DNA of 40,470 nt, from the NCBI RefSeq assembly GCF_001194135.2, contig NC_068981.1:55790634-55831103 (forward strand), read 5' to 3'. This stretch comes from Octopus bimaculoides. Its lineage: Eukaryota. A program made the translations under genes and the position numbers. Below are positions 22,032-33,420 of this stretch, in pieces. Each line of letters begins with the position of its first letter. Position 1 is the first letter of the stretch. The notes beneath the pieces were generated by a model. The model was not told the origin of the DNA. It made no database searches and worked only from the letters and a program-made list of their open reading frames with translations.

Positions 22032-22405
22032 ATATATATATATATTATGTATATATATACATACACAAATATAGATATTCTTTAATATGTGTTTATAAAA
22101 AAATGTTGAATTACAAACTCACACATATTCTGACACATATATGTCTATATGTATGTATTTATAAAGTAACACAAATTAACGAAGTTGACTCATGTTGCTT
22201 TAAAAATACATCCGTGTGTGCTATTTTTTTAAATATTTCTGATATCATTTATCAAACATGATATGATATTTTTAATTTAACATTGATATAAAGAGATATT
22301 AAAGAGTATCTATGTTTAAAATACATGCTTAAAGGAAATACTGTTCTCCTTTTCCCTCTTTTTCTCTCACACTCTCTCTATTTGTCTGTCTGCCTGTCTG
22401 AGTGT

Positions 22406-22408
22406 CTG

Positions 22409-22469
<61 letters not shown>

Positions 22470-22470
22470 G
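22406..22470. repeat. (TATC)n microsatellite
   Basis: Direct inspection. Confidence 0.95.
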
Positions 22471-22542
22471 TGTATATATGTACACAAATACATACATACA
22501 TTATGTGTGCATCCCCCCACCCCTCCCATTCTTTGTGTATAT

Positions 22543-22681
22543 AGTAAGCATCTAGAAATCTGTGGAAACAGCAGATTCAAGATGTTTCCTTTCTACAAAT
22601 TTCCCAGGTATGACTCAAAATACGAGAAGGGAGTGGAACTACACTTTATAAATAATGTTTTTACCTACACTGAACATGTAA
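22543..22681 (+). mobile_element. Penelope-like element, GIY-YIG endonuclease C-terminus
   Basis: SKHLEICGNSRFKMFPFYKFPRY...E..FIN then, with a 1-nt frameshift, FLPTLNM*. Resembles the HL..C...F.IFPFY...E..FI..F.P.LN terminus of Penelope ORFs. Confidence 0.65.
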
Positions 22682-23089
22682 GAAATATATTTATGAGAAA
22701 TCCTTATTAAAAAATTTAGTTTTCCAGATGAGTCAAACCAGATTACCACTGGATATTATTATTAATATTCTCACTGCTGTTACTAAACTTGAAACATTCA
22801 CTTAAGCAACCAACACATAAAACATACTCCTTCACACACACACACACACACACATTTAGGCTTAAACACACAAACACACACACATACGCACACACACACA
22901 CGTACACACAACACACACACATACGCACACGCACACACGTACACACAACACACACATTTAGAAGCCTTCCAAAAATTCTGGTAGATTCTGTAGAAAATGT
23001 GATTTAGCACTTGCTGGGTGCTTCACAATTCTATACATAATTCATTGAAGGAAAAGGCGAGGACAAGATCCCTCTGAATAAATAACAAT

Positions 23090-23470
23090 AATAATTTATT
23101 TCTCTGAGTAAACGTTCTATCTCTGGTTAGCGGTAGCCATGAACACCTAAGTGAAGAAGCAGTGGGGTTGGTAGTTAGGCACCAAGGCAATAAGGCATTA
23201 TTACAGACTCGCGATCCCGCTCGCCATCAAAGGTCCATTCTCGACAGAGCTGCTCTAAGTTGTGTCCTGCCCGGTCAGAAGCCGTGATCGAAGAGAGTGA
23301 ATGGTGGTGAACCCTAGCTGCCCCTGATGACTGCGCATGCGCACAAGGGGCTTCCATCAGGTCTTCGGAAGGCTCTAATCCTTGCACATGTGCAGATGAA
23401 TGCTCCAATATGGCATCTAGAACTATGCGTCACTACAGTTCTATTTTCTACAGCTGGATAACATGGCAAC
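23090..23470. promoter_or_regulatory. CpG-enriched segment with NRF1-type palindrome and YY1-like cores (candidate promoter)
   Basis: TGCGCATGCGCA at 23332-23343, TGCACATGTGCA at 23383-23394, AAnATGGC at 23407 and 23460, and more than a dozen CpGs in a CpG-poor window. No linked gene identified. Confidence 0.4.
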
Positions 23471-23585
23471 TTATCAAAAATTTGTCACTCACACAATGAC
23501 AAAAATAAATTTGTTGCAATTGATAAAAAGTTTGATCTTTTTGACCTGTCATCAATTTCAACCATCTCAGACAAACACCTTTTTT

Positions 23586-23586
23586 T

Positions 23587-23626
<40 letters not shown>

Positions 23627-23640
23627 TCCTTCTTTCTTTT
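23586..23640. repeat. (TTTC)n microsatellite
   Basis: Direct inspection. Confidence 0.95.
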
Positions 23641-23956
23641 CTCCTACTAATCATGCCTCCAAAAATTCACCACATAGACATGCTTACACACACATACATA
23701 CAAACACTTATAAGCACACACATAGATTCAAAATAAAAATCTCAGCTAACCACTCTCTAAACATCCTCTTTCCAAAATCCAAGTAAACAAATTCAACTCC
23801 AGATTTTATTTCAACTAATTCACATATATATAAAAGATATGAATTTTTTGCTAAAAAACCATTCATGATAAATCCCTGAAAGGGCCGAAAGAGCTAAATA
23901 AATAGTTTTTATCCAAATCCTGACTACCTTTTTTTTTCTTAATATATGTATATCAG

Positions 23957-24200
23957 CATCATCTAACGTCCATTTTCCATGCTGGCATAAGTTGGACTGT
24001 TTGACTGGAGTTGACAAGCTGGAGAGCTGCACCAAGCTCTGATTGTCTGTTTTGGCATGGTTTCTTTGGCTGGATGCCCTTTGTAACACCAGTCACTTTA
24101 TAGAGTGTACTGGGTGCTTTGTATGTACTTTTTGTGTGACACTAGCATGGGTGCTTCTTGTGTACTAGTATGGGTGCTTTTCATGTGACAGATACTTTTA
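23957..24200 (-). mobile_element. Diverged RTE-type 3' tail / SINE tail
   Basis: catcatctaacgtccattttccatgctggc...ggctggatgccc...gagtgtactgggtgcttt. Confidence 0.7.
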
Positions 24201-24567
24201 ATGTGACAACAACACCTATGAGCTTGCAAGACAAGGACCACTTGGCTGAGAGAGGGAGAGCAACCAAGAGGTTAGAGTATGACAGAGATAGCCTTCTTAC
24301 TATCAAGGAGTTACTTGGCTACCTCAGTAAAACATGGAAGTTGAGGAAGGTGGGAGAGAGTTAGAGGGAGAGATAGAGATACAGTCAATGAGAAAGAGAG
24401 AGAGGGCCTACCCATAGGAAATAGAAGGGGTAGTATAAGTGGTACAGAGGAGATAGAGGAGGATATTTCATAAGAGTGTGAGGGGAGCTGTTTAGAGATA
24501 GCAAAGCTAGTAAATGATGACGAGGGGAATTGGAATGGTTGGGAGAGGGAGGGGACACGCATATATA

Positions 24568-24877
24568 TGCTTTTGGGACAGTACTTCTTGATACACCAAA
24601 CATTTCGGCTGTTTTCATTACACTAGTGCCCGCCATACGAGCACCAACAATTTAACCTCTTTGAAAGTCTGATAGATCTGTCATTTTAATGAATTTTAAT
24701 TACCTTTTTCTGATGATATATGAATAGAAACAGCAATTTTAGCAAAACATATTAAGCAACACTAATAATAGATTAAAAAAAACATAAAAACAAACAAGCT
24801 TTTGACGGTTTCATAGATATTTCAAAATTATAAAGCTATGATGCTAGGTGTTTTCATTATTTAGTCCAAACCCTGTA
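24568..24877 (-). mobile_element. Tc1-family element, 5' end (TIR plus start of transposase HTH)
   Basis: Reverse-complement TIR tacagggtttggactaaataatgaaaacacc ends at 24877. ATG at 24684 gives MTDLSDFQRG*IVGARMAGTSVMKTAEMFGVSRSTVPKA, a Tc1 paired-like HTH. Confidence 0.85.
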
Positions 24878-24884
24878 TATGTGT

Positions 24885-24943
<59 letters not shown>

Positions 24944-24959
24944 GCTATGTGTATATGTA

Positions 24960-25175
24960 TGTATAACTATGTGCATATGTCTTTGTGCTTGTGTCACTAC
25001 TTGGCAATTGATGTTGATGTGTTTATGTTTCCATAACTTAACAGTTTGGCAAAAGAGACTGACAGAATAAGTTCTAGGCTTAAAAAGATAAGTACTGGGG
25101 GGTTGATTCATTTGACTAAAAAAGTGGTGTCGCCACATGGCTGCATTCTAATGACTTAAACAAGTAAAAGATAAA
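24960..25175 (+). mobile_element. 3' half of tRNA-derived SINE (first family)
   Basis: Homologous to 560-752; ends aatgacttaaacaagtaaaagataaag. Confidence 0.65.
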
Positions 25176-25188
25176 GCACACACACACA

Positions 25189-25225
<37 letters not shown>

Positions 25226-26334
25226 ATATATATGTGTATTATGCATGTGAACCTTGGCCATAAATGTGTTCTACTCTTTTGTGTATAAGCTTAAGTGGCT
25301 TAGCTACTGGAGATAGGGTCAGACAATTGTACTGTTGAAATGTATTGATGTAGGAACAGTTGTCCATGAGTATTCTCTTGTCCCTAAATCATCAATACTG
25401 TGATGCTACTCATTGCATACCTCAGTATTTTGCAATACCAACAAATTTACTGATCTACTGTGAGACCCCTGTTGTTTATGTATGGTCTCTGTTTACAAAA
25501 CAAAGCTAAATATATCTTCATTAAACATATACATGTAAATCCATTTATAAACATATTTATATACATATTTATCTTAAGACTTTTTAGGAAAAAATAAGTG
25601 AAATTTGTGACAACTCCTGCTCTTCTCAAAAAAGCAAAACAGACAACAACAATGAATGAAACAGCAATTTCAGAGGAGGAGGTAAGGTGATTACATTGAC
25701 CCCAGGATCTGATTGATACTTATTTTATCAACTCTGGAAGGATGAAAAGCAGCATTTGACCTGGAAGAAATGTTGCTAAGCATTTTTTTCCAGTGATTCT
25801 TTCAGCTCACCACCTTTGGTTCTCATTTGATATTAAAAATAGATTACGGACTCAGATTGCCTATAATTATCATTTCCATTCTTTTCCTTGGAATACCTCT
25901 AAACAGGATGTTTATTGTCGTCCTTTTAGAACCTTTCCTTTGAATAAATTAATATATGTTCTTATTTCACTTAACAATTATTGCTCATTGTTAGAAGTTG
26001 CAATGATGTAATAACTATCTTCTGAAAAGGCCATGGGTACCAGCATTCACCACCATTCTGACTAAGTTATGTAAAGCATAAAGCAAAGAGTTTAAGCTAT
26101 ATTACAAAAAGACATTCACAATTTTATACGTTCAGTAACGGAAGAGAAAACGTATGTGTATATTTTCACAGTTCAATAGTTTCTGTGCTTATTCAGTTTT
26201 CTAAATTAAGCTATGACATCAACAAAAGCTGTTTCTGGCACTTTCTCAAATTCCTTGAACATTTTTGTAAATTTTTCACATAATGAGAATGTTTTCCATT
26301 ACTAGTAATCATCACAAATTTATTCATCAATTAC

Positions 26335-26790
26335 TCAAACTGATGAGTGAGCTGTCATGCAGTTGTTCAACCTACTAGAAATAGCTGCTAAATATCCCTG
26401 TAATCACATAATCATCATTATTATCATCATCATCATTTCTTAATGTCTGCCTTCCATGCTGGCATGGGTTGGATGGTTTGACAGGAGCTGGCCAGGCAGG
26501 AGCCTGCCCCAGACTTCTGTGTCTGTTTTGGCATGGTTTTTATAGCTGGATGCCTTTCCTACTGATATTTTCTATGCAACACTTCCTTAGGGTGGAGATT
26601 TTGCTAAGGTGTATCCCATTATTAAAGAGAAACCAGTGTCAATGTGCTGTTTTGCTATAAAAACAAAAGGCATATTTAAGTTACATACTCCTAGATACTG
26701 TTGAATAATACCTCGAGATGGTCATGATAGGAATGCTCTTGATCACTTGATCCACTGAATCAAAGTGACTTGAGCTTAATCAACAACAGA
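26335..26790. mobile_element. SINE-like element interrupted by a minus-strand RTE-type tail (about 26414-26560)
   Basis: ctagaaatagctgctaaatatccc...aatcac, then (CAT)n ttaatgtctgccttccatgctggc...ctggatgcc, then the remainder of the third-family repeat resumes near 26690. Confidence 0.55.
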
Positions 26791-26938
26791 ACTTTCTCAG
26801 CTGTTCAACATCTTCCAAATTTCTTTTATGGCAAATATTTATTGCTAATTTCTGCATTACTGCTCTTTGCAAGTATATCATGTTTTATTCCATTTCTTGC
26901 TATAGATCAAAATGAAAGTGATGGAAGGAGGTAGAAAC

Positions 26939-27270
26939 ATCATCATCATCATCCTCATCATCGTCGTTTAATGTCCGCTTTCCATGCTAGCATGGGTTGG
27001 ACGATTTGACTGAGGACTAGCAAGCCAGAAGGCTGCACCAGGCTCCAATCTGATCTGGCAGAGTTTCTACAGCTGGATGGCCTTCCTAATGCCAACCACT
27101 CTGAGAGTGTAGTAGGTGCTTTTACGTGCCACCTGCACGAGGGCTAGTCACATGGTACTGGCAATGGCCACGCTCAAAAAGGTGTTTTTTATGTACCACC
27201 TGCATGGGAGCCAGTCCAGCAGCACTGGCAACGACGTTGCTCAAATGATTTTCTATGTGCCACCAGCACA
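26939..27270 (-). mobile_element. RTE LINE 3' UTR/tail
   Basis: catcatc...cgtttaatgtccgctttccatgctagcatgggttggacg...gagagtgtagtaggtgct plus ~60-bp modules. Confidence 0.9.
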
Positions 27271-28217
27271 AGTGCTATCAACTTTTACTATTTTTGATTA
27301 TGTTTTTATGTTTTAGTTATTCTTTAATCTATCAGAGAATCAGTTGACACTGCTGAAATGTTATACCATTTTATTAACCATATAATTAGGGTTGTTCCTC
27401 TCTGAAAGAATTCTCAAAACATATTTTCATCATTACTTATAAAATTAAGTCTTATTTTTCAAAGTCCATTTTAGGTGATAACATAGCTCTGAGGAATGCT
27501 TTACACCTACTTAATTTATAGAAAAATTTTAATTTTACACAAGAATGTGATATTCATCTGAAAGATTAGACAGGCTAATAACTAATGGAAGAATGGAACC
27601 TAATAAGTAATCTGAAGCAAAGATAGTCTGTAGTCATTTTAATATTTCACATAATTTCGAAGGTGTAAAGTTACAATCAGTAAATAAACACATGAGTTGT
27701 ACACATTTGCAAGAACAACTCTGTTTTTTATGCAGTACTTCCTTCTTCCTTCCTTAATGCATTATAAGCAGTTTTCAGGAATACAAAAAGTCTAGTTGTT
27801 TTTCATTCCTATAGAAATTACTATAGGTAATGACATTGTGTGGTTGTACATGGCTTGTACTGCTCTCATTAAACATTCTTTAACTCCTATGTTTCTTAGT
27901 GACCTCTACATTTTAGATCATAGTACTCTGCCAAAGGCTTTCTTCAAAGCAGCCAATGCTATGTAGAGGGTATTACTCTTGGCTAGAAACTTCTCTTGTA
28001 GTTGTCTCACTTTGAAGAGAGCATAGTTGTAGTACAAGCCTATACTATATCTCTAAATGGATTCTCTCTTTAACCAATTGTAATATATATATATGTAAGT
28101 ATGTATCTGTGTGAAGGTGTGTGTGTGTGTATGCATGTATGTGTATGTGTGAGTGTGTGTGCATATGTGTGTGAGTGAGAATGTGTGTGTGTATGCACAC
28201 ACACATGTATATATGCA

Positions 28218-28375
28218 TAGCTATGGTTGCGCAGTTAAGAAGACTGCATCACAACCACTTGGTTTTAGGTTCTGTCCCATTGCATGACACCTAGGCCAGT
28301 GTCTTCTATTATAGTCCTAGCTAGGTAATGCCTTTTGAGTGAATTTGGTTGATAGAAACTGTGTGGAAGCCCATA

Positions 28376-28378
<3 letters not shown>
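28218..28378 (+). mobile_element. tRNA-derived SINE head (first family)
   Basis: tatggttgcgcagttaagaag...ggttctgtcccattgcatgacacctaggccagtgtcttctattatag...gaaactgtgtggaagccc. Confidence 0.7.
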
Positions 28379-28444
<66 letters not shown>

Positions 28445-28447
<3 letters not shown>

Positions 28448-28544
28448 CAAAACAGGAGATTGGGAAAAAGATTTGATATCATTTATTCACCATTACTTAT
28501 GAATAAATAATACCAAAAATCTTTTCCCATCCCCTGTTTTGATA
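28445..28544. repeat. 100-bp imperfect palindrome (foldback, MITE-like)
   Basis: Arms of ~45 bp with a perfect terminal 12 bp tatcaaaacagg/cctgttttgata and a perfect inner 9 bp atttattca/tgaataaat around a 10-nt loop (28490-28499). Confidence 0.85.
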
Positions 28545-28776
28545 TGTAATTACTATGTAAAAATATATTTTCTAGTAGTTTTCAACTCTTATGCATACCT
28601 TATGCATATCTACGTAGTACTTTGGAATACTGGAATAAATAGATGTGCTTCAAGAGGGCACAACTATCTACATAATTATATACCGGAGTAAGCACATAAA
28701 ATGCACAAGGTGGAAAAAAGAGTACTCAAATACCAGAGGTAGAGTAATATGCTTTATTTAAAAGCAGCAGAAATAT

Positions 28777-28830
28777 AACAAAAGACTATTACTTGGAGTT
28801 TCACGTTCCTGTTCATCGGACAGTTTTGTT
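28777..28830 (-). ncRNA. Minimal type I hammerhead ribozyme-like motif (Penelope-like element remnant)
   Basis: Minus strand AACAAAA CUGU CCGAUGA ACAGGAACGU GAAA CUCCAAG UA AUAG UC UUUUGUU. Stems I, II and III all pair; the core deviates only at U4 (C); GUA cleavage triplet. Confidence 0.7.
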
Positions 28831-29229
28831 ACATAATTATATATATATATATATATATAAGTAAAAGTAAAGAAATGATATCTACATATGTATACTGTGT
28901 ATACAGAGAAAGAGGTGGTGAGGTGGGACAGAGGGTGGATCCATCATGATAGAAAGATGGTAAGTAAATCTTGCCTATTTTCATATGACTTAGAATGTTT
29001 GTGTGCATATGGCAGCTGCACTCTCTCAGATACATATGTAGTTCACCATATACTAATGTTAAAACCCTATGAGGGACAGCAACTACTCAGAGATTAAATA
29101 TTTTCTGGTATTGAAAGAAACAAAAACGATCTAGTCTCAAAAATAGTTTTGTTTTGTATTATAAAAGTAGTCATGGCAAAAAAAATAATAAAGAAAGAAC
29201 GAAATAAGAAGAGATTAAAAAAGACCTAA

Positions 29230-29640
29230 CAGTTATAGAGTGTGGGTAATTTTAGCAACATATTATTCATGAGTAAGAAGGGCGTGGTGTGTTTTCTTGA
29301 TGTATGTATGACAATATCTTATGACTGTCGAATAATACTAAGTCATTGCATTACATGATACAAGGTTACCATGCAAATTAGTTTCAAAGACGTTACGTAT
29401 GTGTTGCAGAGGTCACCAAGCTTGTTTCTGTGAAAAGTATCATCTATATAAGAGTGTGTATAATTATAGAATAGTGTGTAATTAGAGATAACAAAAAACT
29501 GGATGTTAATAAACACCTAGATGTATGGGAAAACTAATAAAACCTTGAGGTACACCAAAGTTGACAATGGTGGGCTCTACTGATATATACTACGGTGAAC
29601 AAACAAAACTTCAGATCAAAGAGATAAAAGATCACTGAGA
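29230..29640 (-). mobile_element. Degenerate CR1/L2/Jockey-group LINE RT fragment
   Basis: Reverse complement gives ...EPTIVNFGVPQG...FIN...LYIDDT, resembling the GVPQGS and YADD motifs, with frameshifts. Confidence 0.55.
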
Positions 29641-30194
29641 TTCATAAGTCAGTAACTTGTCTCTTAATGTATCAGTCAAAAAGTTTTCCTAAACAATATT
29701 TCGACAAGTTTAAAATTTAAATTGAAAGTAACTCATGAACTAGTTTTATTAATTTTTAATTTTTTTTTGAGTGGTTATACTATTTCTTTATGCCTGTTCT
29801 GATTGTATCTGAAATGTAACAAAAGAATTCATGGTACTCCACTACCCCTTCTCATCTTCCATTCTCACTATGTTATATATGACACACAATATCTCTAATT
29901 GTATAGTACTGCATACAATATCACTAGTTGCTTTCTATTGCACATGATCTAGTTGGTGTGTGAGTCATAGGCTATAAATAGTTATTTTCTCTCTTCTGAA
30001 TCTTGTCTGTTGTGTCCAATTTTACTGTAAATGCTACGTGGACAATTCCAAAATCCTATATAATAAGTTGCTTCAATGAAAATGATCTAAGAAGAAAAAA
30101 AAGGGGGAACTTCATTATTAATAATTTACAGAAGGGTAACAACCTACAAATTATTTTGACAACCATGAAAAACTGTTCCTTTTAGTACTCCAGT

Positions 30195-30420
30195 CATCAT
30201 CATCAACATCATTTCCACATCCTGTTATCCATTCTAACATGGGTCAGACAGAACTCACTGAGGCAGATTTTTTACAGTAGATGTCCTTCATGTCAGCGTC
30301 ACCCAGCTGCTTCCCAGCAAGATAATGTTTCCCAATGGCCAGACATGTCTTCCATGGAAAATTGGAAACAAATGACATCACATGTATCATGTTATGCTTG
30401 TCTACATCCATCATGTGATG
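30195..30420 (-). mobile_element. SINE body with RTE-like (GAT)n tail
   Basis: Homologous to 8950-9116 in reverse orientation. Confidence 0.65.
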
Positions 30421-30489
30421 CCAAGTAAGGAACACAGCATACACACACATGCACCCCCCACCCATTCACCCCCCACCCATTCACATAAA

Positions 30490-30815
30490 ACAGTCACTCC
30501 ATTGGTTGTGACAATGAGCGTTTCAGTTGATCCAATCAACGGAACAGCCTCTTCATGAAATTAACATGCAAGTGGCTGAGTACTGTATAGACCCACGTGT
30601 CCTTCATGTCATTCTCAGGGAAATTCAGTGTAATACCACAGAATGTGATAAGGCTGGCCCCTTGAAATACAGGTACAGCTCATTTTTGGCAGCTGAGTGG
30701 ACTGGAGCAACATGAAATAAAGCACCTTGCTCAAGGACACAATGTGCTGCCAAGAATCAAACTCAGCCTTACAAGCATGACCTGAATACTTTAACCACTT
30801 ATCCATGCGCCTTCA
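30490..30815 (-). mobile_element. tRNA-derived SINE (fourth family) with central-domain-like segment
   Basis: Reverse complement gtgaaggcgcatggataagtggttaaag...gtttgattcttggcag...gtgtccttgagcaaggtgctttat...ctccagtccactcagctg: a tRNA-like head followed by a ccttgagcaaggcac-type core. Confidence 0.7.
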
Positions 30816-30837
30816 CACACACACGCACACACGCACG

Positions 30838-30993
30838 TGATGGACTTCTTTCAGTATCTGTCTACCAAATCCACTTATAAGGCTTTAATTAGCCCAGGGT
30901 AATAGTAGAAGACACTTTCCCAAGGTACTACTCTATAGGACTGAACCAAAAGCTATATGGATGGGAAGCAAGTTTCTTCACCACCAAGCTATG
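30838..30993 (-). mobile_element. tRNA-derived SINE head (first family)
   Basis: Reverse complement of the 380/8723 head: ttctttcag...ctaccaaatccac...gtagaagacact.cccaagg...ggactgaacc. Confidence 0.7.
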
Positions 30994-31447
30994 TCTACAC
31001 TATATAAACAAAAATTAGAATTCTTATGAGAAAGAATAAAACCATAAATATCAATAAAAAATATATTGAAAAAAATATTATTGAGAACATACTGAGACAT
31101 TGAAAATGTATTATAGTAATCTTAAGTAACTCATAGTGAGCATTAAGTGTTACCAGAGACATGAGTAGTTTAAAGGAATATTAACTCCTATAACTTTGAT
31201 TACTGTTATTGAGAATATGGGAAATGGTTGAGTCAATAGAGTGCCAAGCACAATAGTTTTCACCATTTGGTTTTGTTATTTTTATGTTTCTAGTTCAAAT
31301 ATTACTGGGACTAACTTAGCTTTCATAAATCCAGGGTAAATAAAATATCCATTTTAATGTGATTTCATCAGTACACTCCTTCTCCAAAATGTACTACTTT
31401 AGGTTAATGTAAGAATTTGTTATTACTATTATTATTATTACTTCTAA

Positions 31448-31675
31448 AAGGCAGCGAGCTGGCAGAATCATCAGCACACTGGACGAAATGCTCAGCAATA
31501 TTTTGTCTGTCTTTACATTCTAAGTTCAAATGCTGCCAAGGTTGACTTTGCCTTTCATCCTTTTGGGGGTTGATCTATTAAGTACCAGTGAAACGCTGGT
31601 ATCGATGTAATCGACTAATCCCCTCCCTTAAAATGGCTGCCCTTATGACAAAATTTGAAATTATTATTGTTATTG
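31448..31675 (+). mobile_element. tRNA-derived SINE (second family)
   Basis: aaggcagcgagctggcagaatc...gttcaaat...gactttgcctttcatcc...aagtaccagt...aaaatttgaaattattatt. Confidence 0.85.
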
Positions 31676-31799
31676 CTTCTCAACTCTAGTAGATCTTCCA
31701 CTTCCCAGTTCCAAGTGCTCAGACATGACATACAGTGTGTCTGATTAGAATAAGGAGTGGAAGACAAAGAATCAGGTTCAGTCTTACTCCTTGTTGGAT

Positions 31800-32135
31800 T
31801 TATGTGGGTAATGAGTTACTACCTGTAACTTTAGGTGTCCACAAGTTTTCAGTAGTCTTTCAAGTGCTTAGAACTCTCCTAATAATCCTTGTTGTCCCTA
31901 AGACTTTTTGTAGGAGCTCTACAGGGCATTATACTCCAATCTTCTTCAGCCATTTGTCTATATCTTTGCTTACTGCTCCCAATGAACCAATTATTATAGG
32001 CATAGCATTTACTGTTTTCATCATTCAAATTCTGTATTTTTGTTTTTTGTCCTCTTTCTTTACTATCCTGGAATCAGATGGACATGATGGGTTGATTAGT
32101 AAACAACTTTGCTTTTCTCTATATTTGTTATGCCC
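31800..32135 (-). mobile_element. Second R4/Dong-clade RLE 3' fragment
   Basis: Minus strand KQSCLLINPSCPSDSRIVKKEDKKQKY...PIIIGSLGAVSKDIDKWLKKIG...LLQKVLGTTRIIRRVLST* (stop 31860-31862), homologous to 21075-21361. Confidence 0.75.
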
Positions 32136-32142
32136 AATCTAT

Positions 32143-32218
32143 TATCTTCTTCTTCTTCTTCTTCTTCTTCTTCTTCTTCTTCTTCTTCTTCTTCTTCTTC
32201 TCATCATTATTATTATTA
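32143..32218. repeat. (TTC)n followed by (ATT)n
   Basis: Direct inspection. Confidence 0.95.
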
Positions 32219-32220
32219 CT

Positions 32221-32475
32221 AAGGTGTTGAGCTGACAGAATTGTTAGCACACCAGGTGAAATGCTTAGTGGTATTTTGCCTGTCACTATGTTCTGAGTTC
32301 TAATTTCACCAAAGGTTGACTTTACCTTTCATCCTTTTGGGGTTGATAAAATAAGTACCATTTAAACATTGGGGTTGATGTAATTAACTCATCCCCTCCC
32401 CCCAAATTGCTGCCTTTGTGGCAAAATTTGAAACCATTATTATTATTATTATTATCATTATTATTCTTATTCTTA
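32221..32475 (+). mobile_element. tRNA-derived SINE (second family) with (TTA)n tail
   Basis: Homologous to 31448-31675. Confidence 0.85.
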
Positions 32476-32559
32476 TAACAAACAGGGCTCCTGTGCTTTT
32501 TTTCATATTCTTGTCAAAAATACTCCAGCATACTTTTAGAGATTATCATGAAGGTGTAA

Positions 32560-33420
32560 AAAATTCCAGTTATGCACAGGAGGTCTACTAAACCTATAAG
32601 GGCAAAGTTTCAGATCACAGAAAAAGACCAAAGAAGAGATTCTATGTGACTTTCTGTTTGTTGATGATTGTACTTTGATTTCTCATACATTTGAGGGAAT
32701 TCAGGAAATAGTTGACAGGTTTGCTGCAGCAGCTCATACATTTGAACTGACTATTAGCATTAAAAAAAACTTAAGTTTTATTCCAGCCAAAGCCTAGGAC
32801 AGAACAGACTCGAGATTCAAATGTGATGATTGACAATAAGCCAGTCAAATGGGTCAAGTCATTTAAATATCTTGAAAGTGCAGTAAACTTTAAGAGTACT
32901 CTTGATGATGAAATCAATGTTAGATTATCAAAGGCATTTGAAAACTTCTCCAACATTTGTGGGATGAACATGGTGTCAGTTTGAAAGCTAAAATAAATGT
33001 ACACAAATCTTGTATTTTGAGCACACTTTTGTATGGGGCAGAAGCATGGACTCCCTACTACATACATACAAAGTAACTTGAAACCTTTCACATGTTCTGT
33101 CTACACAATATCTGCAACATGAAATGGCAGGATAAGATGTTAAATATCAAAATTTTAGAAAAATGTGATATCTCCAGTACCAAAAGGATGCTGCTGAGAA
33201 TTCAGTGCAGATGGTTGTTTAAATGAAAGATGACCACATTCTGAAAATTCTCTTGTATAGCCAACAAGTAGAGGGACATAAGGGTAAGAGAATAAGTTGA
33301 AGCAATCACTAAAGTCTTTCCGGCTCAATTTAACATCTTGGGAATGTCATTGCGCAGATCAATCTGCATGACATAAAATGTCACATGAAGCATCCAAACA
33401 TTCTGAGTTGAAGAAACAGA
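32560..33420 (+). mobile_element. Degenerate BovB-like RTE LINE, RT C-terminal half (no PHD insert)
   Basis: ILCDFLFVDDCTLISHT...FELTISIKKT*VLFQP...VKSFKYLES...LDDEINVRLSKA...TLLYGAEAWT...LETFHMFCL...KWQDK, the RTE FADD-domain signature. Confidence 0.88.

Noticed and set aside
22724-22760. Possible second hammerhead just after the Penelope ORF end (cagatga gtcaaacca gatta ccactgg)
   Set aside because: The position is suggestive, but the core, GAAA and stem II are all broken; too degenerate to call.
23324-23400. CTGATGA as a snoRNA C box or hammerhead core
   Set aside because: No downstream CTGA D box with terminal stem, and no GAAA or stem III.
24710-24745. ctgatga tatatgaata gaaac hammerhead-like string
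   Set aside because: Stems I and III do not form; it lies inside the Tc1 5' UTR.
31735-32235. 166-aa hydrophobic ORF as a membrane protein
   Set aside because: It is antisense to a Dong RLE remnant, and its poly-Leu comes from (TTC)n. ORFs 20259-20669, 21119-21331, 7204-7386 and 7423-7611 are likewise antisense shadows.
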